A stretch of DNA of 63,450 nucleotides, filler included, from a candidate division NPL-UPA2 bacterium Unc8 (GCA_003574845.1; 4 parts of 4 records of this genome joined end to end with filler, not necessarily neighbours in it); one strand, 5' to 3'; positions 27,190-38,586 are shown, counted from the first letter of the whole stretch. The notes: generated by a model not told the origin, from the letters alone. Translations and numbers: made by a program.

Positions 27190-28440
27190 TCATAGATACT
27201 TCCTTGGGTCTGCTATATGTCCCTCAATAGCTGAGGCGGCTACAGTAGCCGGAGAGGCAAGAAAAATCAAGCTTTGAGGATTTCCCATACGTCCTTTGAA
27301 ATTACGATTGGCGGTGGAAATGACCGTTTCTCCATCGGCGGGCACACCGTTATGCGTACCACAGCAGGGACCGCATCCGGGGGTAACAAATGCCGCTCCG
27401 GATTCTACCAATGACTCAACTATTCCCTCCTTTAGAATGTTTAAGAAAACCTTGCGGGAAGCGGGAGCGATAATTAGCCTTACTCCTGTAGCAACTTTTC
27501 TGCCTTTTAGTATTTCTGCGGCAATATGAAAATCTTCCTCGCGTCCATTGGTACAGGTTCCGATTACCGCTTCATCAATAGCAATTCCTTCCACTTCATT
27601 AACCGGAACTGCGTTGTCCACACTGTGTGGCCTGGTAACCTGCGGAAAGAGGAGAGAGGCATCATACTCTTTTACGTCAGTATAAAGGGCATCATTATCG
27701 GCAGCAACCGGGGTAAAGTCCTTCACCCCATGCTCACCCAGCCACCGACGGCATTTCTCATCCACCAGCATCAATCCTGCCTGAGCCCCCATTTCCCGCA
27801 CCATATTGGCAATTGTGAAACGTCCGGCGATGCTCATTTCCGAGATGGTATCTCCATAAAACTCAACTGATATTTCAGAGGCTCCGCTGGCAGTTAATTC
27901 TCCTATTATGTAAAGAATTACATCCTTGGCATATACTCCCCGCGGCAGCTTGCCATTTATAATGATTTTTATACTCTTCGGCACCTCCAGCCAGATATTC
28001 CCGCTTGCCATTGCTACTGCCATATCAGTTGCTCCAACTCCGATTGAAAACACACCCAAGGCACCATAAGTGCAAGTGTGAGAATCAGCGCCAATTACTA
28101 AATCCCCGGGTTTCACATATCCCTCTTCAGGAACTACCTGATGGCATATGCCATCTCCAACATCGTGCAGATGAATCTTTTGCCGGGCGGCAAAAGTGCG
28201 CATAGTCTGATGCTTACGGGATACCGCAAGAGAAGGACTGGGGGCGCTGTGGTCAATCACCATTGCGATTTTTTCCGGGCAAAAAACCTGCCTGAGCCCC
28301 AGGGTTTCAAATACCTCAATGGCACGGGGAGAGGTGCCATCCTGCCCTAAGATAAAATCAGGAGCGGCAACGATAACCTCGCCCGATGACACCGCTTTCT
28401 TACCACTGTGAGCGCTTAATATCTTTTCTGCAATAGTCAT
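27190..28440 (-). CDS. leuC: 3-isopropylmalate dehydratase/homoaconitase large subunit
   Basis: MTIAEKIL, DHSAP, GICHQ, GADSHTCTYG, IGTCTNGR, GCGPCCG, NRNFKGRMG. Confidence 0.93.
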   Translation of the reverse strand: MTIAEKILSAHSGKKAVSSGEVIVAAPDFILGQDGTSPRAIEVFETLGLRQVFCPEKIAMVIDHSAPSPSLAVSRKHQTMRTFAARQKIHLHDVGDGICHQVVPEEGYVKPGDLVIGADSHTCTYGALGVFSIGVGATDMAVAMASGNIWLEVPKSIKIIINGKLPRGVYAKDVILYIIGELTASGASEISVEFYGDTISEMSIAGRFTIANMVREMGAQAGLMLVDEKCRRWLGEHGVKDFTPVAADNDALYTDVKEYDASLLFPQVTRPHSVDNAVPVNEVEGIAIDEAVIGTCTNGREEDFHIAAEILKGRKVATGVRLIIAPASRKVFLNILKEGIVESLVESGAAFVTPGCGPCCGTHNGVPADGETVISTANRNFKGRMGNPQSLIFLASPATVAASAIEGHIADPRKYL

Positions 28441-28450
28441 CTTTCCAGAG

Positions 28451-28665
28451 CACCAGTTACCAATTACAAACCCCCTGCCTGCGGCAGGCAGGTAAATCCT
28501 ACCCTGAACTTGATTCAGGGCTAAATAAATTCAAATGTTCCAAATCCAAATAACCAAAACTACGTCTTGAATTTCGGTCATTTGACTTTTGATTTTGTTT
28601 CGAGTTTCGAGTTTCGTATTTAGAGTTTAGGCTTCTTTGTGCCTCTGTGCCTTTGTGCCTTTTTC
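28451..28665. repeat. Repeat mosaic with nested palindromes (CCTGCCTGCGGCAGGCAGG; CCCTGAACTTGATTCAGGG) and the TTTCGAG/TGTGCC block
   Basis: Read directly; block shared with 5260-5330 and 46053-46120. Confidence 0.85.
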
Positions 28666-28724
28666 TACTTACTACTTATTTGATAATTTGTCAATCGTGG
28701 AGGTGATGTGATAAGATAGAAAGA

Positions 28725-30257
28725 ATGTTAGCTAAAGCGCATTCAATTGCTATTTTCGGAATGGAGGCTCATTCTGTTGAGGTAGAAGTGGATGTTGCTC
28801 ACGGGCTCCCGGCAGCAATTATAGTGGGACTGCCTGACCTTGCAGTAAAGGAAAGCAAAGACAGAATCAAGTCTGCGATTAAGAACAGCCGCTTTGAATA
28901 CCCGCCAAAAAGAGTTACTATAAATCTTGCTCCTGCAGATGTGAAGAAGGAAGGACCTTCTTTTGATTTGCCTATTTCTCTTGGTTTCCTGGCAGCCACC
29001 AAACAGCTCTCCCCTGAAAAACTAAACGACTATATTATCCTTGGTGAGCTGGCTCTTGATGGCAGTGTGCGCCCGGTCAAGGGAGCGCTTTTAGTCGCTC
29101 TCAGCATCAGAAGTAAAGACAAAAAGAAATTAATTCTCCCGCAGGAAAACGCTGCCGAGGCAGCAATTATCAAGGAGATTGAGGTCTATGGAATCAGAAG
29201 CCTTGTAGAGGCGGTCAAGCTCATTGAGGGGGAAATTCAGCCTGCTCCATTCCGGGTGAACCTCGCAGACGTTCTTAAAGATTTATCCAGTTATGAGGTT
29301 GACTTTTCAGATGTAAAGGGTCAATTTTCCGCCAAAAGGGCGATTGAGATAGCGGCCGCCGGCTCCCACAATGTTTTAATGATTGGGCCTCCCGGTGCCG
29401 GCAAGACAATGCTCGCCAGAAGGATGTCGACAATAATTCCAGATATGAGTTTAAAGGAAGCACTTGAGACCACTCAAATTCACAGTGTTGCCGGCTTTCT
29501 CTCTTCAGGGCAAGCTCTGGTCACAAATAGACCATTCCGTACCCCTCACCACACATCCTCAAGCGCTGCTCTCGTCGGAGGAAGTTCCGTCCCCCAGCCA
29601 GGGGAAGTGAGTCTTGCTCATAACGGGGTTTTGTTCCTGGACGAACTGCCTGAGTTCCACCGCGACGTCCTTGAGGCACTTCGGCAACCACTTGAAGACA
29701 ACCTGATTACCATCTCCCGCATCAGTCGGACGACAACTTTCCCGGCGCGGGTTTTACTTATCGCCACCATGAATCCCTGCCCTTGCGGGTATTTCTCTGA
29801 CCCTGTCAGGGAGTGCCACTGCACGCCACACCAGATTCAGAAGTATCGCTCTCGCGCCTCCGGGCCTCTTCTGGACCGGATAGACATTCACATTGAGGTT
29901 CCTTCCCTTAAGTATAAAGACTTTACCGGCGATGAGTCCGGTGAGCCTTCAAATCAGATCAAAGAAAGGGTGAACAAAGCAAGACAAATACAGCAAAAAA
30001 GGTTCCGGGAGGAAAACATCCATTGTAATGCCACTATGGGTCAAAAGCAGATAAAGCTGTATTGCAAATTAGATAAAGAAGGGAAAGAGCTGTTGAAAGT
30101 TGCCGTCAATGAATTAGGTATATCTGCCCGCGCCTATGATAGGATATTAAAAGTAGCGCGGACAATTGCTGACCTGTCCGAAGAAGATGCAATTTTAGCC
30201 GAGCACATTTCTGAAGCAATTCAATATAAAAGTCTCGACAAAAGTATATTTGCTTAA
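28725..30257 (+). CDS. comM: YifB/ComM family Mg-chelatase-like AAA+ ATPase
   Basis: IVGLPD..VKES, INLAPAD, GPPGAGKT, PGEVSLAHNGVLFLDE, NPCPCGY, LLDRID. Confidence 0.93.
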   Translation: MLAKAHSIAIFGMEAHSVEVEVDVAHGLPAAIIVGLPDLAVKESKDRIKSAIKNSRFEYPPKRVTINLAPADVKKEGPSFDLPISLGFLAATKQLSPEKLNDYIILGELALDGSVRPVKGALLVALSIRSKDKKKLILPQENAAEAAIIKEIEVYGIRSLVEAVKLIEGEIQPAPFRVNLADVLKDLSSYEVDFSDVKGQFSAKRAIEIAAAGSHNVLMIGPPGAGKTMLARRMSTIIPDMSLKEALETTQIHSVAGFLSSGQALVTNRPFRTPHHTSSSAALVGGSSVPQPGEVSLAHNGVLFLDELPEFHRDVLEALRQPLEDNLITISRISRTTTFPARVLLIATMNPCPCGYFSDPVRECHCTPHQIQKYRSRASGPLLDRIDIHIEVPSLKYKDFTGDESGEPSNQIKERVNKARQIQQKRFREENIHCNATMGQKQIKLYCKLDKEGKELLKVAVNELGISARAYDRILKVARTIADLSEEDAILAEHISEAIQYKSLDKSIFA

Positions 30258-30356
30258 ATAGGTTCGGGGTTCGGGGTTCAAGGATTGAAATTAGAAATTA
30301 GAAATTGGTAACTGGTAACTTGGTGCTCTGATGCACCGGAATGGGTTAGGTTATCT

Positions 30357-31190
30357 ATGATGCGAATAGGTTATTTTGGAGACGAGGGTAGTTTTACCTA
30401 CCTATCTGCAGTAGGAAGGTTTGGGGAAAACAATCAGTTTCTACCGGCACCTACCATTGCCGGGGTCTTTGACAAGGTCAGGAGAGATGAAGTGGACTGG
30501 GGTGTCATCCCATTTGAAAACTCAACTCGCGGTATGATTTATGACACGGTTGACGAGCTGGTGAGCGAGGATTTTTCCTCCAGTGGAATCCTAATATACG
30601 AAGAACTGGCAACGAAGATAACCCTCTCCCTTTTGAGTCGGGTTTCTCTTCCGCAGATAAGAAAGGTTTATTCCCACCATTCTCCATTGATGAACTGCCG
30701 TCAGTGGCTGAGGAAGAACTTGCCTCGCGCAGAAGCTATTCCCGTGGAAAACACCTCAGAGGCGGCAAGACGCGCTGCAACAGAAGAGTCCTCCTCAGCC
30801 ATTGCCAGCGGTGAGGTAGCAAAGATTCATAATTTAAGAGTAGTTATCCCAAACATTAATAGCGGCACGGAGAATATTACCACATTCTTTGTCATTGGCA
30901 AAAAACCGCATCCACCAACGGGGAGGGATAAGACCTCAATTGCCTTCTCTCTTGAGCATAAGTCAGGGGCGCTTTACCGGGCGCTTGGTGTTTTTGCACG
31001 GGCAGGAGCAAATTTAACGCGGATTATGTCGCGTCCCTTAGAGAAAAAACGGGGAGAATACATATTCTTTGTTGAGCTGGAAGGACATCAATTTGAGGAG
31101 AAGACAGGAAAGCTCCTTCAGCGCTTGCGAAAATATGTTACTTCAATGAACATCATTAGTTCCTATCCAATAGCGAAAGAGGGTTCGTGA
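30357..31190 (+). CDS. pheA: Prephenate dehydratase with ACT domain (no chorismate mutase domain)
   Basis: PFENSTRG, VYSH...CRQWL, N.TTFFVIG, NLTRIMSRP. Confidence 0.88.
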   Translation: MMRIGYFGDEGSFTYLSAVGRFGENNQFLPAPTIAGVFDKVRRDEVDWGVIPFENSTRGMIYDTVDELVSEDFSSSGILIYEELATKITLSLLSRVSLPQIRKVYSHHSPLMNCRQWLRKNLPRAEAIPVENTSEAARRAATEESSSAIASGEVAKIHNLRVVIPNINSGTENITTFFVIGKKPHPPTGRDKTSIAFSLEHKSGALYRALGVFARAGANLTRIMSRPLEKKRGEYIFFVELEGHQFEEKTGKLLQRLRKYVTSMNIISSYPIAKEGS

Positions 31191-31197
31191 ACCCACA

Positions 31198-32583
31198 ATG
31201 CTTAAGGTTTACAATACAATGACAGGCAGGAAAGAAGAATTTCTGCCACTGAAGCGCGGCAAGGTAGGAATGTATGTCTGTGGAGTAACTGTATATGATG
31301 AGTGTCATCTGGGACATGCCAGGACATACGTTGCTTTTGATGCGATAAGGCGCTATCTTGAATACAAGGGATTAGAAGTAAATTATGTCCAGAACTTCAC
31401 CGACGTGGATGATAAGATAATAAACAAAGCGCGGGAAGAAAGTAGGAAAGGAGGGGCTGATTTACCAATCCTGATTAAAGGCATTGTCAAAAAATACACC
31501 GGCGAATACTTTGCCTGTATGGATAAGTTAAATGTCAAGAAAGCTACCTGTTATCCAAAAGCGACTGAGTGCATTCCGGAGATGATTGAGATTATAAAGC
31601 GGCTTATTGAAAAAGGATATGGATACGAGGTTGACGGGAATGTTCATTTTTCCGTGAAGAGTTTTAATGAATACGGGAAGCTATCCAGGCGCAATCTTGA
31701 TGAATGCTCCCATAAAACGCGCGTTGCCCTTGAGGAACAAAAGAGAAATCCTATGGACTTTGCTCTCTGGAAAAAGAGGAAAGAGGAGCCATTATGGGAT
31801 AGCCCCTGGGGAAAGGGCCGCCCAGGCTGGCACATTGAATGCTCAGCAATGAGTATGAAATATTTGGGGGAGAGCTTTGACATCCATGCCGGCGGAGAAG
31901 ACCTTATTTTTCCTCATCATGAGAACGAGATTGCTCAGTCTGAGGGGTATAGCAACAAGAATCTGGCAAGATACTGGCTTCACACCGGATTCGTTACGCT
32001 TCGCCAGGAAAAGATGTCTAAATCATCAGGAAACTTTTTTACGGTGCGGGAGGTGCTGGATAAGTATCCACCGGTAGCGGTGCGGTTTTTTCTCCTCTCA
32101 ACTCATTATCGCAAGTTAATTGAGGTTAGTGAGGAGCACCTTGAGGCAGCAAAAAGAGCAACTGAGAGAATAGCTGCCTGCCTCTCTAATGTGAAAAAGA
32201 AGGGAATGGGCCTTTCACGGAGCATGCAGCCCACCTCAAATAGGATTGCCATAGAAAGCGCAATGGATGACGATTTTAACATCCCGGTAGCGATGGGGAT
32301 AATTTTTAAATTGGTTTCAAATGTGAATGTTCTTACCAAGAATGAGGATTTTGTCAGAGCAGCAGTACTTGCCGCAGATATTGAGAGCTTCTGCAATGTT
32401 TTAGGACTAAAATTTAGAGCTGATGAGGAGATTGAGGAAGAGCTTCTCTCGCTGATTCGGGAGAGGGAGCAATTCCGACAGCGCAAGCTGTGGGAGGAGG
32501 CTGATGTGCTGAGGCAAACGCTTCTGAGTAAAGGAATCACTCTTGAAGATACTCCTCGCGGAACACAATGGCGAAGACTTTAG
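31198..32583 (+). CDS. cysS: Cysteine--tRNA ligase
   Basis: MYVCGVTVY, HLGHAR, GRPGWHIECS, FPHHENE, KMSKS. Confidence 0.97.
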   Translation: MLKVYNTMTGRKEEFLPLKRGKVGMYVCGVTVYDECHLGHARTYVAFDAIRRYLEYKGLEVNYVQNFTDVDDKIINKAREESRKGGADLPILIKGIVKKYTGEYFACMDKLNVKKATCYPKATECIPEMIEIIKRLIEKGYGYEVDGNVHFSVKSFNEYGKLSRRNLDECSHKTRVALEEQKRNPMDFALWKKRKEEPLWDSPWGKGRPGWHIECSAMSMKYLGESFDIHAGGEDLIFPHHENEIAQSEGYSNKNLARYWLHTGFVTLRQEKMSKSSGNFFTVREVLDKYPPVAVRFFLLSTHYRKLIEVSEEHLEAAKRATERIAACLSNVKKKGMGLSRSMQPTSNRIAIESAMDDDFNIPVAMGIIFKLVSNVNVLTKNEDFVRAAVLAADIESFCNVLGLKFRADEEIEEELLSLIREREQFRQRKLWEEADVLRQTLLSKGITLEDTPRGTQWRRL

Positions 32584-32603
32584 GGATTGCGAAAGCGACC
32601 CCT
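32583..32603. terminator. Hairpin between convergent cysS and rpoD
   Basis: GGGATTGC-GAAA-GCGACCCC. Confidence 0.4.
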
Positions 32604-34315
32604 TAGCTCATCTCCGCATCCGGGGCTGAACCGAGAAACCCCTTTAACTTATCACTTCGCTTTGGATGACGCAGTTTCTTAAATGCTTTTGCCTCTATCT
32701 GGCGCACTCTTTCCCGGGTCAGGTTGAAATGCCTTCCAACTTCTTCCAGCGTGCGCGGGTATTTATCATCAATACCAAATCTGAGCCGCAACACTTTCTG
32801 TTCTCTTTCCGTCAATGTCTTCAAAACCACTTCTAACTGCTCCCGCAACATAGAGAGCACTGTGGCATCTGCAGGGCATTCAGCCTCTTTATCTTCTATA
32901 AAATCCCCGAAGTGGCTCTCGCCCTCATCTCCAACCGGAGCCTCGAGAGAGATTGGCTCCTGAACAATCTTCAATATTCCCATTACCTTTTCCACCGACA
33001 CATTCATCGCTTCTGCAAGAGTTAGAGCATCAGGCTCCATACCTAACTCCTGAACCAGTTGCCGCGTAACGCGATTAAGCTTGTTTATCGTCTCAATCAT
33101 ATGTACCGGGATACGGATTGTTCTTGCCTGGTCAGCAATGGCTCTGGCAATCGCCTGTCTTATCCACCAGGTGGCGTAAGTGGAGAATTTATATCCGCGC
33201 TGGTATTCAAACTTGTCAGCCGCTCTCATCAGCCCGATATTTCCTTCCTGAACCAGGTCAAAAAAGGAAAGCCCCCTGCCGGTATATCTTTTGGTAATGC
33301 TTACGACAAGCCTTAAATTTGCCTTAACGAGGGCCCTTTTTGCCTCATCCATTCTTCCCCATTTCTCCTCTGCGGAGCTCACCGTACGACAGATGTTGGC
33401 GGCGCAATCCCCACCTTTCCTTTCCGCTTCTTTGATGTAGCGCCGATGGTGGCGCAGTTGAGAGTAATAACTCCTGACCTCAAGCTCACTGAGACCTGTC
33501 TTGACTTCCCCTACATTTCCCTTCCTCATTCTTCTCGCCAATGACATAATTTTCTTTGCTTCAAGACCACTCTTCTGTTCAATCTTTCTTATATTGCGCT
33601 CACTTTCCTCAATCTTGCCAAGAATCTCCCCGAGATCGGAAATGATTTTCCTTAAGACTTCATTGGTAGGGTTAAATTCGTTTATTGCCCGGGCAGCTTT
33701 TTCTCTCTCTACAGTTAATTCCCGATTAATCTCTTCACTTTTACTTAAGGGGGTCTTCCCGGTCAGTTCGCTTTCCATCTCTGTTATTCTCTCTACGCTT
33801 TTTTCAATGGTTTCAATAAGAAGAGGGAGTTTTTCTAAGAACTTCCGTCCTTCAGCAGCGCCTCCTTTACTCCCAGCTCTATTCAACCTGAGGCTGCCAT
33901 CCAGCATTTTCCTGCCGAGGATGGCAATCTCCCTCATGGCAAATGGAATCGCAAACACCATTTCCCTTATAGAAGCTTTGGCTGTCTCAATCTCCATAGC
34001 CAGAGCTACTTCCTCTTCGCGGCTCAGAAGGTCAATCTGCCCCATCTCTCTCATATAAGTTCTGACCGGGCCCGTCGCACGACCAGCCATCCTCGGGGCT
34101 AATTTCATTGTTGGGTTCTTTACTGTCTCCTCACCGGGGACAATCTGAATCTCCATTTTGCCCAATGCCGTTAGAATGTTATCTATTTCTGAAGAAGTGG
34201 TCTCCCGTGGGAAAAGCTCACTTATTTCTTCATATGTCAGGCATCTATTTTTCTTTCCTTTCTCAATCAATTTCTTTACTTTACTGCTGCTGATTTTAGT
34301 CTTCACTTTTGCCAA
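32603..34315 (-). CDS. rpoD: RNA polymerase primary sigma factor
   Basis: Region 1.1/1.2, [29 protein letters not shown]...TRERVRQIE; downstream of dnaG. Confidence 0.96.
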   Translation of the reverse strand: MAKVKTKISSSKVKKLIEKGKKNRCLTYEEISELFPRETTSSEIDNILTALGKMEIQIVPGEETVKNPTMKLAPRMAGRATGPVRTYMREMGQIDLLSREEEVALAMEIETAKASIREMVFAIPFAMREIAILGRKMLDGSLRLNRAGSKGGAAEGRKFLEKLPLLIETIEKSVERITEMESELTGKTPLSKSEEINRELTVEREKAARAINEFNPTNEVLRKIISDLGEILGKIEESERNIRKIEQKSGLEAKKIMSLARRMRKGNVGEVKTGLSELEVRSYYSQLRHHRRYIKEAERKGGDCAANICRTVSSAEEKWGRMDEAKRALVKANLRLVVSITKRYTGRGLSFFDLVQEGNIGLMRAADKFEYQRGYKFSTYATWWIRQAIARAIADQARTIRIPVHMIETINKLNRVTRQLVQELGMEPDALTLAEAMNVSVEKVMGILKIVQEPISLEAPVGDEGESHFGDFIEDKEAECPADATVLSMLREQLEVVLKTLTEREQKVLRLRFGIDDKYPRTLEEVGRHFNLTRERVRQIEAKAFKKLRHPKRSDKLKGFLGSAPDAEMS

Positions 34316-36080
34316 GTTTACCCCCCCTCCGATAGCTAACCATCTCTTGCGTTATCTGCTGGCATTCTGCCTGCAATCTTTTTACAAGCTCTTCTTCTCC
34401 TTCCTCATCAGCATCTTCAATTCTTTTTTCCAGCGCCTCTATTTTTCTTTTTCTCTCATTATTCCTCATTGCTCTTAAGGCATCGGCAACTGCTAATTCT
34501 ATGTCCTCAAAAGGAGCTGCCTCCACCGCCAGTCGGGAGACCAGAGCTTCTATCTTATCATCGCCCAGGATGTTCACTATTCTCCCGGCACCGGAAGCCC
34601 TGCCATCCTGATGCAGCTCAAATATGACTTCAGCAATCTTTCTGTAATCAGAGCACTGGAACTCTCCGGCCTCAGCCTTTATCCTATCTACCATATTACT
34701 ATGTTGAAGCATAATCTGAATAAGGCTCCTCTCCGCCGGGTAGGGGTCTATGTTAATGGGAGACGGTTGCATTGCGCGAGTTTCCTTGCTCTCCAATTTA
34801 TGCAGTTCAGTTAATATGTATTCCTCCCCCAAAGAGGCTCTTCCGCCTAAAGACAGCTCTTCCGCCAGCCGTTTGATATATCCACTTTTCTCTATTGCAT
34901 TTGCAACCTTCTCCAGCGTAGGCAGCATCTCTCTAACGATTGAAGCTTTTCCGCCAACAGTGGTTGAATCATAGCGATTTCTTAGAAATCCTAACTTGTA
35001 CTCCAGGAGGTCGGCGGCGCAGGAGACTCTTTCCTGAAATGTCTCACTGCCATGGCGTCCAATAAAGCTGTCGGGGTCCTCTCCCTCGGGAAGAGAAGTA
35101 AGGCGCACACTGAAGCCCTCAGCGAGAGAGGAGTCCAAACCTCGGAGAGTTGCTTCAATTCCCGCCTTATCGCCATCATAGACCATCACGACTTCCTGCG
35201 CATAGCGCCTGATGAGCCGCAACTGCCGCCGGGTGAGCGAGGTGCCCAGAGAGCCAACGACATTCCTGATTCCAGCTTGAAAGACGGCAATGACATCCAT
35301 GTAGCCTTCCACTATTAAAGCTTTTCCGCATTCAGCGATGGCCTTTCGGGAAAGATGCAGTCCATAAAGGCTATCGCTCTTGTGGTAAAGAGCAGTTTCC
35401 GGAGAATTCATATATAAGGGCATCTCATCGCCCAGCGCCCTTCCTCCGAAGCCCACTACTTTTTCGGCAAGGTTAAAGATGGGAAAAATAATCCGATTGC
35501 GAAATCGGTCATAATATCCTTCTTTATCCCGACGCTGGATGAGGAGTCCCCCTTCTATCAGGATGCGCTCAGAGAACCCTTCCTCCTCAGCTTTCCTCAG
35601 GAGAGCATCCCGGTCAGGGGGAGCATATCCCAGACAAAACTTCTCAATTACCTCAGGCGAGAGCCCGCGCTTCTTTAGAAGATAATCCCTTGCCTTAGAG
35701 GTTTCCCCAAGACACTTAATAAAAAAATCTTTTGCAAATCCATTAAGTTCAAATAGGGCGCTGGATGCTTCTTTCTCCCCTCCTAATCCTGACAGCGTAA
35801 CTCCGGCCTTTTCTGCCAGAAGCCGGAGCGCCTCCATGAAGCTCAGATGCTCGTGCTTCATCAGAAACGAGAATACGTTTCCCCCGGTCCCGCAACCGAA
35901 GCAATTAAAGAGCTGTTTTTCCGGGCTGACAATGAAGGAAGGGGTTTTCTCCTGGTGAAAAGGGCAGAGCGCCCTGAAATTGCGCCCTGCCGGCTGGAGG
36001 TGAAGATACCCGGAGATAATCTCAACGATGTCACAGCGGGCATAGACCTCGTCAATCACTGATTGAGGAACAGGTGACAT
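34296..36080 (-). CDS. dnaG: DNA primase
   Basis: [11 protein letters not shown]...[39 protein letters not shown]. Confidence 0.97.
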   Translation of the reverse strand: MSPVPQSVIDEVYARCDIVEIISGYLHLQPAGRNFRALCPFHQEKTPSFIVSPEKQLFNCFGCGTGGNVFSFLMKHEHLSFMEALRLLAEKAGVTLSGLGGEKEASSALFELNGFAKDFFIKCLGETSKARDYLLKKRGLSPEVIEKFCLGYAPPDRDALLRKAEEEGFSERILIEGGLLIQRRDKEGYYDRFRNRIIFPIFNLAEKVVGFGGRALGDEMPLYMNSPETALYHKSDSLYGLHLSRKAIAECGKALIVEGYMDVIAVFQAGIRNVVGSLGTSLTRRQLRLIRRYAQEVVMVYDGDKAGIEATLRGLDSSLAEGFSVRLTSLPEGEDPDSFIGRHGSETFQERVSCAADLLEYKLGFLRNRYDSTTVGGKASIVREMLPTLEKVANAIEKSGYIKRLAEELSLGGRASLGEEYILTELHKLESKETRAMQPSPINIDPYPAERSLIQIMLQHSNMVDRIKAEAGEFQCSDYRKIAEVIFELHQDGRASGAGRIVNILGDDKIEALVSRLAVEAAPFEDIELAVADALRAMRNNERKRKIEALEKRIEDADEEGEEELVKRLQAECQQITQEMVSYRRGGKLGKSED

Positions 36081-36119
36081 ATTGTTAGCTCTCAGCTCTC
36101 AGCTTTCAGCGTTCAGCTA

Positions 36120-37718
36120 CTAAATAGTTACGATTTCCACATACTTTTTTAGAAAAACTTTGTCCATAGCTAAAAAGAGGACTGCATACATAATAAGAAG
36201 CGCTGCAATCTGGAAAATAAACGGCGGAATTACCCATATCTCCGGCATTTCCTGAAGAGGAAAAAATCTCTGCGTTATAACCGAAGCGAGGAGAGCGCAC
36301 CCGGCCGGCACAATAATAAAGAGTGGTACTATCTTTAACTTTAGAGGATGCAGGAAATAAGCGGTAATGAGAAAAGTTAACATTGAGGCTCCAAGGAAAA
36401 ATCTGCCTACTATGATAATATCCCCGTAGATACGGATTGCGGCAGTAATCGCAATCGCCTGCAACACCACCCCGGCTATCATTGCCATTGCCGAGTAGTT
36501 TACTTTTTTTAAGCCGATATAGCTATTAAAAAGAACAAAATTAAGTCCCGTAAAAGTAATGCCGAGAGCCGCCAGCACAACCATCGGGTGGAGAAGCTCC
36601 GCCGGAAATTCCTCACCTGCGAGAAACTCAACCATCTTTCCTCCGGCAAAGAAATAAAATATAAGCACTCCTCCTAAAATAGCAAAAGATGCCCATAGTA
36701 TTTTATCTAAATAGTGCTGAACCAAATCTTTCCTTCCCTGAGCTTCAGCTTCACTCATCGCAGATATAATTGGAAATGTCATCCCCATTAACGCCAGAGC
36801 TCCGCTGCCATATAAAAAAGCGGCTGAGAAGTGCCCTGAGACAATGAGATTTTCTTCATGGGTAAGCGCAAATACCCCTCTTGCGGCAAAAAGACCTACC
36901 AGTACCATTGGAATTGTATTAAGAAGGGTATAGCCTATGTGAGCAAGGTTTGTCATTGCGCCAAACTTTACGATTTTTTTATAAAGCCCGGCTCTCTTCT
37001 TAAAGCCGTAAAGGCTCTTAAACATTTCAATATCAGCTTTTCTTAAAAGATGGCGCGCCAGCGCCCAGGCAAGAACTCCGCCCACGGCAAGCCCTAAGAT
37101 TCCACCTGCAATATCCATTTGCGACTCCGCTCCCCAGCGCCACTGAGCCAGTATGACAAAAAGAGTTGAGGATAGGAGGGCAGTAAATGGAAATGAAAAA
37201 TGCCCGACTGAAAAGTAATCGGTTCTCTGCATTCCCAGGAGTATCTGAGTTACACTCCAGAACTGGGCGGTCGTAAAAATAGCCAGTGTAAGTGAAGCGC
37301 CTATTGCGGCAATAATTCCAGGGATAATTCCAATAAAAAAAAGACCTCCCAGGAGCACAGAAGAGGAAACGAGCAAACAAATCCCAATAATAAATACCAA
37401 TTTGTTGCCGTCACTGCCGAAATCTCTTGCCCTGTCTCTTTCCTTCTCCCAGTGATGGGCAACATAGGTGGTAACAGCCATATGAATTCCGGCTATGGCA
37501 ATCAAGGTGAGCACCCAGTATGATTGAAAAATTGGACCTAAAATTCCGAAGTCGGCAGGCCCCAGGAGGCGGGTCATCACTACTGTCCAGCCAGCGAGGA
37601 AAAGCCCTCCAAGACTCATCCCCGCTAAAGAAAGCAGAGCTCCAAGTGAGAACCTTTTGCTTTTCGCCTCATCCGTTGGTGCCTCCGCAAATACGGATAT
37701 CTTTGAACGAATACTCAC
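36120..37718 (-). CDS. MOP/MATE-superfamily oligosaccharide flippase-like membrane protein
   Basis: About 13-14 hydrophobic segments; TRLLGPADFG motif. Confidence 0.75.
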   Translation of the reverse strand: MSIRSKISVFAEAPTDEAKSKRFSLGALLSLAGMSLGGLFLAGWTVVMTRLLGPADFGILGPIFQSYWVLTLIAIAGIHMAVTTYVAHHWEKERDRARDFGSDGNKLVFIIGICLLVSSSVLLGGLFFIGIIPGIIAAIGASLTLAIFTTAQFWSVTQILLGMQRTDYFSVGHFSFPFTALLSSTLFVILAQWRWGAESQMDIAGGILGLAVGGVLAWALARHLLRKADIEMFKSLYGFKKRAGLYKKIVKFGAMTNLAHIGYTLLNTIPMVLVGLFAARGVFALTHEENLIVSGHFSAAFLYGSGALALMGMTFPIISAMSEAEAQGRKDLVQHYLDKILWASFAILGGVLIFYFFAGGKMVEFLAGEEFPAELLHPMVVLAALGITFTGLNFVLFNSYIGLKKVNYSAMAMIAGVVLQAIAITAAIRIYGDIIIVGRFFLGASMLTFLITAYFLHPLKLKIVPLFIIVPAGCALLASVITQRFFPLQEMPEIWVIPPFIFQIAALLIMYAVLFLAMDKVFLKKYVEIVTI

Positions 37719-38170
37719 TACTTTTTATTGCTCTGACGTTTTTTTAGTTCTCTTAGATACTTAAGGTCCTCTAAGTCTTGCGGCCTTTTCGCTGATTCTT
37801 TCATTTTGATAAGGTCATCCAAACTCGCAAAAAAAGCAGATACATCTCCATAAAAATCTTGAACCTTATTCTTCCATACCTCTCTAAAGGTCGTCCCGGT
37901 CACAAACGGATGGATGTCGGTTTCCACTGCATACTGCCGGATAAGCAACTTTTTTGTTAATAAATCCTCAATAGTAATATCGGTTACATCATAGCCAAAC
38001 TCCTTAAGAGCTCTTAGTGTGCGCTCGGCATTATCTTGTTCGGGTCTGATAAATATATCAATATCAAGCGTTGCTCTTGAATAACCATGCACCGGAAAGG
38101 CTGATGCCCCAATTATGACAAAGTCAACCACATTCTCTTTTAATAATTTCAATAGGTCTTCGATATCCAT
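37718..38170 (-). CDS. Nucleotidyltransferase-fold protein (DUF6036/MNT-like)
   Basis: IIGASAF..HG..RATLDIDIFI and LIKMKESAKRPQDLEDL. Confidence 0.8.
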   Translation of the reverse strand: MDIEDLLKLLKENVVDFVIIGASAFPVHGYSRATLDIDIFIRPEQDNAERTLRALKEFGYDVTDITIEDLLTKKLLIRQYAVETDIHPFVTGTTFREVWKNKVQDFYGDVSAFFASLDDLIKMKESAKRPQDLEDLKYLRELKKRQSNKK

Positions 38171-38315
38171 TGCGAATAAGAGTCCTTTTTATCTCATCAG
38201 ATTTTTGAATCATCATCTGGAAACGCTCTTTCGTTGTCAACGAAAGAAGGTATTCTAACTCAAAAGCACGCTCGCGCTTCTCATCATGATTACTTAATTT
38301 TAAAATTGGGCTCAT
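38124..38315 (-). CDS. Small protein overlapping the nucleotidyltransferase gene (putative partner or antitoxin)
   Basis: ELEYLLSLTTKERFQMM; about 47-nt overlap with the downstream gene. Confidence 0.6.
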   Translation of the reverse strand: MSPILKLSNHDEKRERAFELEYLLSLTTKERFQMMIQKSDEIKRTLIRNGYRRPIEIIKRECG

Positions 38316-38336
38316 TATTTTTTCCTTCCTTTTCTT

Positions 38337-38437
38337 GTAATTGCTCAATATTGAGTGGAATATAATAGTTTGGTAGCCGCAGGCTTTAGCCTGCGCACCC
38401 TAAAGGGTGCGGCTACCACAGGATATTGAGCAGTTAC
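38337..38437. mobile_element. 101-bp MITE with GTAA ends and 8-bp TSD (IS66-like), carrying a REP-like doublet
   Basis: TIR GTAA(T/C)TGCTCAATAT; CTTTTCTT at 38329-38336 and 38438-38445; core GGTAGCCGCAGGCTTTAGCCTGCGCACCCTAAAGGGTGCGGCTACC. Confidence 0.8.
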
Positions 38438-38485
38438 CTTTTCTTATCTCTTTCATTTTGTAATGAATAATCATAGCACATTTAA

Positions 38486-38585
38486 NNNNNNNNNNNNNNN
38501 NNNNNNNNNNNNNNNNNNNNNNNNNNNNNTTAATTAATTAANNNNNNNNNNNNNNNNNNNNNNNNNNNNNNNNNNNNNNNNNNNN
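38486..38585. other. Artificial contig linker
   Basis: N44-TTAATTAATTAA-N44. Confidence 0.98.
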
Positions 38586-38586
38586 A

